Positions 57,321-64,000 of a DNA stretch of 64,000 nucleotides are shown piece after piece. Every line of letters starts with the position of its first letter. The first letter of the stretch is position 1. Source of the DNA: Hydrolagus affinis (Eukaryota); the NCBI GenBank assembly GCA_012026655.1, contig JAAILG010001012.1:1-64000 (forward strand), written 5' to 3'. Both the position numbers and the translations under genes were made by a program. The notes under the pieces were generated by a model. The model was not told the DNA's origin. It saw nothing but the letters and a program-made list of their open reading frames with translations, and did not search any database.

Positions 57321-58848
57321 TGCTGGGTTCCTTTAATGCAACTGGAAACTGTCTACACTTTAGGTACTTCAGTTATAACTGTGTAAAGATCACTAATCTA
57401 TTAATGGCAATTTTGTGGGTCTCTGAATGAAAAATTAGGATTTCTCTCATATATGATCGACTGGTACAATTCAGAAATACCTGGAGATGTATTCCTCTGG
57501 ATTTAACTGTAGCCACAACATTGGCTGCTGATAAACTAAAATGGTAATCTTTGATGCTCGAGATGGATAGATAATAACGAGGATATCTATGATGTAATGG
57601 ACGCTCCAGCCTAATCATTAAATTATAATTGTGGTATGGTAGACTTGCAGACTCCCACTATTGAAATGTTTATTAAAACTGAACTATCTCACTTTACCAA
57701 AAATGCAATAAATGTAATAGCAAACACATTAACAGAAAGTATTTTGATTTTTGGCCATAAACAACTGTCTGGGGAGAAATTAATAAAAATAGATATTAAA
57801 ATGTCAGTTCATTTGGCACTACATTTATTGTTTGTATTCAATTTAAAAAACAAATGCAAATTACAGTAGAGGAAGAATTTATAATGGCAAAAACTTTAAA
57901 TACATCTTGCAAATAACATGAATTACTTGGGTAACATGCTAACCACCACCAATAAGCGGAGCAATTCAAAACAGCAAACTATTATGAGGTTGCTTTAACT
58001 TCATAACTTTCATTCTACTCAGTCTGTCCACCGGAATAGACTGATGGAACTTCCTCAACACTCATAAGAAAATCTCAAGCCATTTAACCACTATCATGCA
58101 CTGACCCATCAATTGAATCATAATCAACAACACTTAATGACAACACTTCATTGGCAAATGAAATCCTCATCTAAGACAGGTTTGACTTTCCAGATTGCTC
58201 CAGTACGGTTGCAAGAAATCACCACGGTTGAAGAGGAGCAGAAGCTAGTAGGATAGCGCTTTGTAAAAGATGCACTGGCAAGTCCATGTTGTAGATGTGA
58301 TTGTGTAAATGGATTGTAGGTAGTCATAGGCATAGAAACGTAAACTTTTATTCACTTCAGATATCTTTGTCATCTAAATGCAATATACCACAATCTGTGC
58401 TACATGTCAGCAGCTAGTTGAAAAGCTATTTCCCAACTAAATTAAACCAATGACCGTATTTTCCTCATTCAATAAATACAAAATGTACTCCAGATATTTA
58501 TGCAACTGAATGACAGTCAGATTCTGATTTGAATTGTAAGAGAAACAACATAAAAATGGAATGTAGATATTCCAGGTTTAAAAATGAATGATTATAACAA
58601 TAAAACGTGTATTTGAGATAACGCCTTATCACGTCTTAAAGACGTCTCAAAGCACTTAACAGAATATACTATAAAGTGAATTGATTGCATGTTTTATGGC
58701 CGAAACGCGGCAGCCAATTGCACACTGCAGGGACTCACTGCTTAGTTGTAGCCCAGTTGACACAGTAAATTACTAGCCAGAAAGGTTGAAAGTTTTCTCT
58801 TTCTGTGTGGCAATTGAGAAATGAATTTCAGGTATTTTTACAAGGCAT

Positions 58849-59160
58849 ATAATAATAATAATCCTTGTATTTGATGTAGCACTTTTCACGTCTTCTAGAC
58901 ATCTCAAAGCGCTTCACAGAATATACTGTAAAGTGAATTGACTGTATATTTCTGGGAGAAACGCAGCAGCCAATTGAGCACAGCAGTGTCCCACAATAAT
59001 CATGGATTGAAATTACCAATTTTTATTATAGGTTTTTTCAGGACGGATTACTGTTAGGCGTGTGGAGTAAGAAAAAGTTTTGCCCTGACCTGCCTGGATT
59101 TGAAACACAGGTCTCACTCTTGTGAGGCGAGTGCTCTAACCACCGAGCTACAGGACTCCA
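58849..59160 (-). mobile_element. Short-form SINE, full length (flanked by further fragments at about 58605-58735 and 59390-59580)
   Basis: Carries the diagnostic CCCTGACCTGCCTGGATT motif of the young subfamily. Confidence 0.9.
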
Positions 59161-62143
59161 CTCTGCCTCTTCCGGAAATGGCAACGCTAGCGTGCTAGTT
59201 TGAAATTTGACAACAGAGAACCAATACCTGACCCCTGAGGTCATCAGTAGAATCAGTTTGAGATCAGGAGAATAACAAACATTTCTAAACTCGCAATAGA
59301 TCTTCTGGATTAAGTCATGTGTAAATATGGTGCGAGAGTAATAAAAAGGAGAATCCTTCCATTTGAGAAGAATGCAATCATGTCTTCAAGATTTCTAAAA
59401 GCGCTTCACAGAATATAGTGCAAAGTGAATTGACTGTATATTCTGTGGGGGAAACGCGGCAGCCAATCGTGCACAGCAGTGTCCCACAAACTGTTGTGAT
59501 TGTTGTGACCAATTTATTATTTCTTTTTGGAAAGAATAATTACCCCCCAGAAAAGCGATCCGCCAAATCGACTAGAAGTTACTGTGGTAACCGTACAGAC
59601 TCAGAGTGGTGATGGCAAACTCATGGCAAACCGTCCAATTCTGATTTCGCTGTCACTCCACTAACTATGTGTAGTTTATGTCACATAGCAAAATACTTTG
59701 CTCTTTCTCCTGTTCTTCTTTGTATATCACACAAGAAGACTATCCAAGCGTACCTCGCCTAAAAAGTATGTGTTTTGAAACCAGAACTGTTTCTGGAGAA
59801 GGTCTACATTAGAATCTCTGAGCATGTTTTGATGCGTTCTTAACAAACTTGATTACTTGCGAGTACTTTGGAAATTGCTGGAATTGTTCAACTGTTAAAA
59901 CTGCAAAACAATTTGTCCTGATTCTAACTGTGAATTTCACTTTCTAATTCCTAAATGGGTACCTTACTAAAGAGAGGTTGAACCAGCATAAGCTGTTTGT
60001 TGATGATTTAATAACCTCTAACCTCAGAACGCATCTTATTGCAAGGCTGCAGTAAATTCAAAATGTACTTTACTCCAATGAAAATCCAATTTGAGGAGAC
60101 AAGCTAAGATGAGAACAGTGAGTTGCATGAATAAAGTATTGCCATATGAGACTAATCATCAACTGCAAGTTTTGTTTTTCAAAAAAGCCAGTCATATGCC
60201 ATGTTGGGAATAATGCCAAAGTCATTTGGCATAAATTCAGATAACTGCAGTATCGTGGGATAGAATTCGTCTGGTCAAAATGTTCCAGAATCCTGTGAGA
60301 TAATGTCAAAGGTATTGAATGCAAAGTTGTAACTTCATGAGATCGTCTTGTTAACATTAACTTTGAGAAATGTCAAAACAAAAACAGAGGAAATTATGTG
60401 AAAATGGTGGGAAAAATAATTAAACAGCAAATATCACAGGACTCGGGGACACCATTGATAGGTGTAGGTAGAACACCCCCCAAACCCCCATGAAAAAAGA
60501 CAACCTAACCATGGTTATCCATACAGTATAGTAAAACTAGTTTGTAACCTGGGCCAATAAAAATGTGCAGAAATATTAGCCTTGGATTGTGGGGAAATTT
60601 TGGCTGTTTGATGCAAGGAATAACAGGGAAGGGGGTGATTCGTGCTATTAAAGTACATTTTACTGCCAACCTACATTTTCTCATTTTATTAATAAAAATT
60701 CAACACAAGGAAGTAACACATATTAGATTGTTGCAAAATATTTGTATTAATTTCTTCTTTAACAAAAATTGGGGTGGGGGGGGGTGCAGGAGATCCACCA
60801 AAGAATAGACACACAGGCTCAGGACCAGTGACCTGACTGCGAGGCTACAGGACCTCATGACCTCTGAGCTCTCAAGGCCCAGCATCAATACAGACACAGA
60901 GACATACATGCACACAGACACAGAGATAAAACACCAGCGATAGAGGTACACTCAAAGAGGAGGTTGGGGTACACTAGCCCATAGAATTACAGTAAAAGAG
61001 GAGAGGGGGTTACACTAGCACATAGAGATGCAAGATGCATTCACATAGAGACACTAGGAGGCCGGGGGCCAGAAACGCCAATCTTTAGAAGGTTTATAGC
61101 GGGGATCACTGTTTATAGCAAATTCCGTGGGAAAACTGCCACCACAATTTCCCATTGGCCAACATTAGAATCTATTTACTAATAAGGAATCATATAAAAA
61201 AGGGACATGTATTGAGGATCCATTGGACGCAACTTTTATTTGAAAGATGAGGCCCAACAAATAATTCATCAGCAATAAACACTTTGACCAACATTTTCTC
61301 AGATAAGGTTTTTTTTTCTTCTACCGAGAAATAGATACTAAATTTGGATCTTAGGGTAGATAGGTCAGTAAATCAGAATAAAAGGAAAATGAACTCACTG
61401 GAGATAAATAAGTGAAATATAGCTTGTCCTCGTGAAAGATGCATTGATAATGCAAAGCAAAAAAACATTGGTTCTGGTTTTCTCATCATAGTTGTGAGTC
61501 GGCATTGATTTAATTGGTCATTTTCGGCCTTGCATTCACCAGTGGCAATGTGTTACTAGGGGAGCATTTGTGGTCCAGCGTGGAGCTGGTGCCTGAAGGG
61601 AACACAGCTGTTAAGAGTTTATACAGTGAGCATGCTCTGTTATACCCATATATGGGGACAAACTAATCCTATAAAGTTTGTGCCTCATAGGTTTAACAAT
61701 GCAGCTGATGGTACGAAAGACAGTATTACAAGTGAGACTTATTGTGCATGGGTATTCAAAGCACATGATAGATGGTTTTAAGGATTGAAATGCTGTTTTT
61801 ATTTCAGATATGATCCCAACATCTGTATTTTCCTTTCATTTCTATATTGGTGAACAAATAGTTCACTATCAATTATAATAAACACAATTACAAATTTGCA
61901 TTTACCAGTATATAAGGGCCTTTCATGTCGGGAGGACATCACAAAGACCTGAATAGTATCGGCTGGGCACCTGAGCTTGGGGTGGGAGCCCAGAGGGAAG
62001 GGAAGGGAAAGATGCCAAAAGCACAGTCAAAATGCACTATCTGAAGTGAGAATTTCAAAACTAAAACTGCCAGAACTTGTGCAAAGTGAAATAATTAAAA
62101 TACAAACATTACTATTTACACACATCCAACTCATCTGGAATTA

Positions 62144-62263
62144 GTGCAGTCCTGTAGCTCAGTGGTTAGAGCACTCGCTTTACAAACAAGAGACCTGGGT
62201 TCGATCCCGGTCACAGCGAAACCTTGGGCATGTTTCCTTATTCCACACGCCTGATAATAATCC
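62144..62263 (+). mobile_element. SINE head (tRNA-like region with intact A and B boxes)
   Basis: GTCCTGTAGCTCAGTGGTTAGAGCAC..GGGTTCGATCCCGG..CCACACGCCTGATAATAA. Confidence 0.85.
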
Positions 62264-64000
62264 TACTAGTTCAGCAATGGAAAAACTCTTCAGGAACAAT
62301 CCATGCCATTTCTACATACTGTCAGCCTAACGTAAAATAAATACAAGGAAATGTTACAAAAACCAAAGTATCTGCATGATTTTATTTGTAATTAAAAATA
62401 CCAAAGAACTAAACATACCCAACTATTGATGAGTTTAATTTTTTTTTGAAAGATAATATAGATGAAACAGTCCTTAAACACTTTTCTGTTAAACAACCAG
62501 AATACAATGAATTTATTACACTGACAACAATTTGCTTGCATTTCTTTGCCTGCCAAAGATATTGGTGGGTGAAAGTTCGAGTTGATCACATGAATCAGAA
62601 GCTACAATTTGTTTCATACTTACACTCTTGTCCGTTTACCTCTCCCTCTCCCAGAAACACAAATCTATAACATTCCTCTCCGCTTTCTGAGATTAGATTC
62701 ACATTCCAAAACAAGACATTTACAATTCAATACATTTCCTCTTGCCCCCCCCCCCCTGCCTCACCACAAGGATCCTCAAGCACCATTTGGAAGGATACAA
62801 TTCTATAAATAGATATCCAATTGCAATACAAAGACAAAATAGTTTAAAAACCCAATGCTGTAACAGTGAGAATCACCGTGGCATATGGAAAATCAAATTT
62901 CACAAACTGAATGCAAAATGCAAAATGTTTTAAACTGGAACAGATTCCAAGATAATGAATAAACCTGACATTATTACCCAGATCTGGACAATACTAATTT
63001 CCAAGCCACAAAAATTAACAGTTGACAGGACATTGAAAAGCCGAACAATAAGCAATAAGGCAATGGTACTGAGCGACAGTTGTCATATTCAGGGGCAATG
63101 GCTTATGCAAACATAACAGCTGAAATTTTGTATCATGATGGACCTCCAGTGATTTGCTATTTTGTATTAGTAAAGTTATATATAAAGTACAAATGGTCCA
63201 ATTTCACATTTCATCTTCAGGCGCTTTATCAATGGCAAGGATTAAGCACACAAACATTACTGTCAATATTCTCACTATTCAGTCTGCTGCTGAGACATTC
63301 GAGGTAACAATTGCAATCAGTGGAATTTTTCTGATAAACTTCTAATTCAGAGACACGTATCATGTGTATTTATTGGTACTGGCTGTGTCAACGCAGAGCT
63401 CCGAGGCACTTCAACCTTACCGGCTCAGTACAGATTAAACCAGGACCCACAGGGCAACTTTCAACTGTGGTGAATCAGAAACCTTCCAATCAAACATGAC
63501 CAGCTGTCAAAAGAATTCAGAGGAAGAATTTTTTTAAAATTAGAAAAACTCAGCCTCTTGTGTATATACATACTTAAGAATTTGAGGGGGAGCAGAGACT
63601 ATGAGATGGTAAACCAGACTGACTATTGTTACAGACAAGAAAACAGCAGTATATTCATAATACATCTGGTACAGGAAAGATTGTTAACTCCCTATGGCAT
63701 ACAAACATCCATTATTAAATTATATTTTATAAGGACAGTTGAATTGAATCAACAGCAACCTGGCAATCAAAGCAGCCGTGTGAATGTTGTGCAAGATTAC
63801 TCTCTGCTTTGGGATTAAAAAGGAATGCCAACATCTCTTAACCAGACAAATCACAGGACAGGAAGTAGTGAAATCTGCAACCGTACAAAAATTTACAGAA
63901 TTTGGACTCAAATCCTACAGAATAAAATCTGACATTATAACGACTCAACTAAAGATATGGCAACTGAACATTCATTACCGAAGGCATCTCAGCAGGCTCT

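Noticed and set aside
60800-61050. Coding or structured element
   Set aside because: Low-complexity ACACAG/AG repeats with a short GGGGTACACTAGC duplication; nothing further is supportable.
62144-62215. tRNA gene
   Set aside because: It has A/B boxes but no acceptor stem, and continues directly into SINE body sequence. The same applies to the other SINE heads.
53182-64000. SBF2 exon 2 or promoter
   Set aside because: I found no QRFP..DW..PFP.GIE-type coding segment and no CpG island; this is intron 2.

Overview
AT-rich vertebrate genomic DNA lying entirely inside one large minus-strand gene, SBF2 (MTMR13, a DENN-domain myotubularin-related pseudophosphatase). I traced 14 consecutive coding exons by hand (equivalent to human exons 3-16, 53181 down to 8240). 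All have GT-AG boundaries, and they splice into one open frame of 1716 nt / 572 aa covering most of uDENN, cDENN, dDENN and the following SBF2 region. Exons 1-2 lie beyond the right edge and exon 17 onward beyond the left edge. The introns are dense in repeats: an abundant tRNA-Ala-headed SINE with a CORE-like middle and Deu/L2-type tail, a full DeuSINE, LF-SINE-like relics, L2 and CR1 fragments, nested Tigger-type MITEs, a decayed hAT transposon and a Penelope-type end. This repeat complement suggests a cartilaginous fish, most likely a chimaera (inference). Nearly all ORFs in the supplied track are spurious. I found no novel multi-gene system. The best leads are two unannotated candidate poison cassette exons of SBF2 (a 17-nt microexon with SRRM4/RBFOX-type context and a 60-nt exon), plus several transposon-evolution oddities. 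Family names come from recalled consensus sequences, not database searches, and repeat boundaries are approximate.
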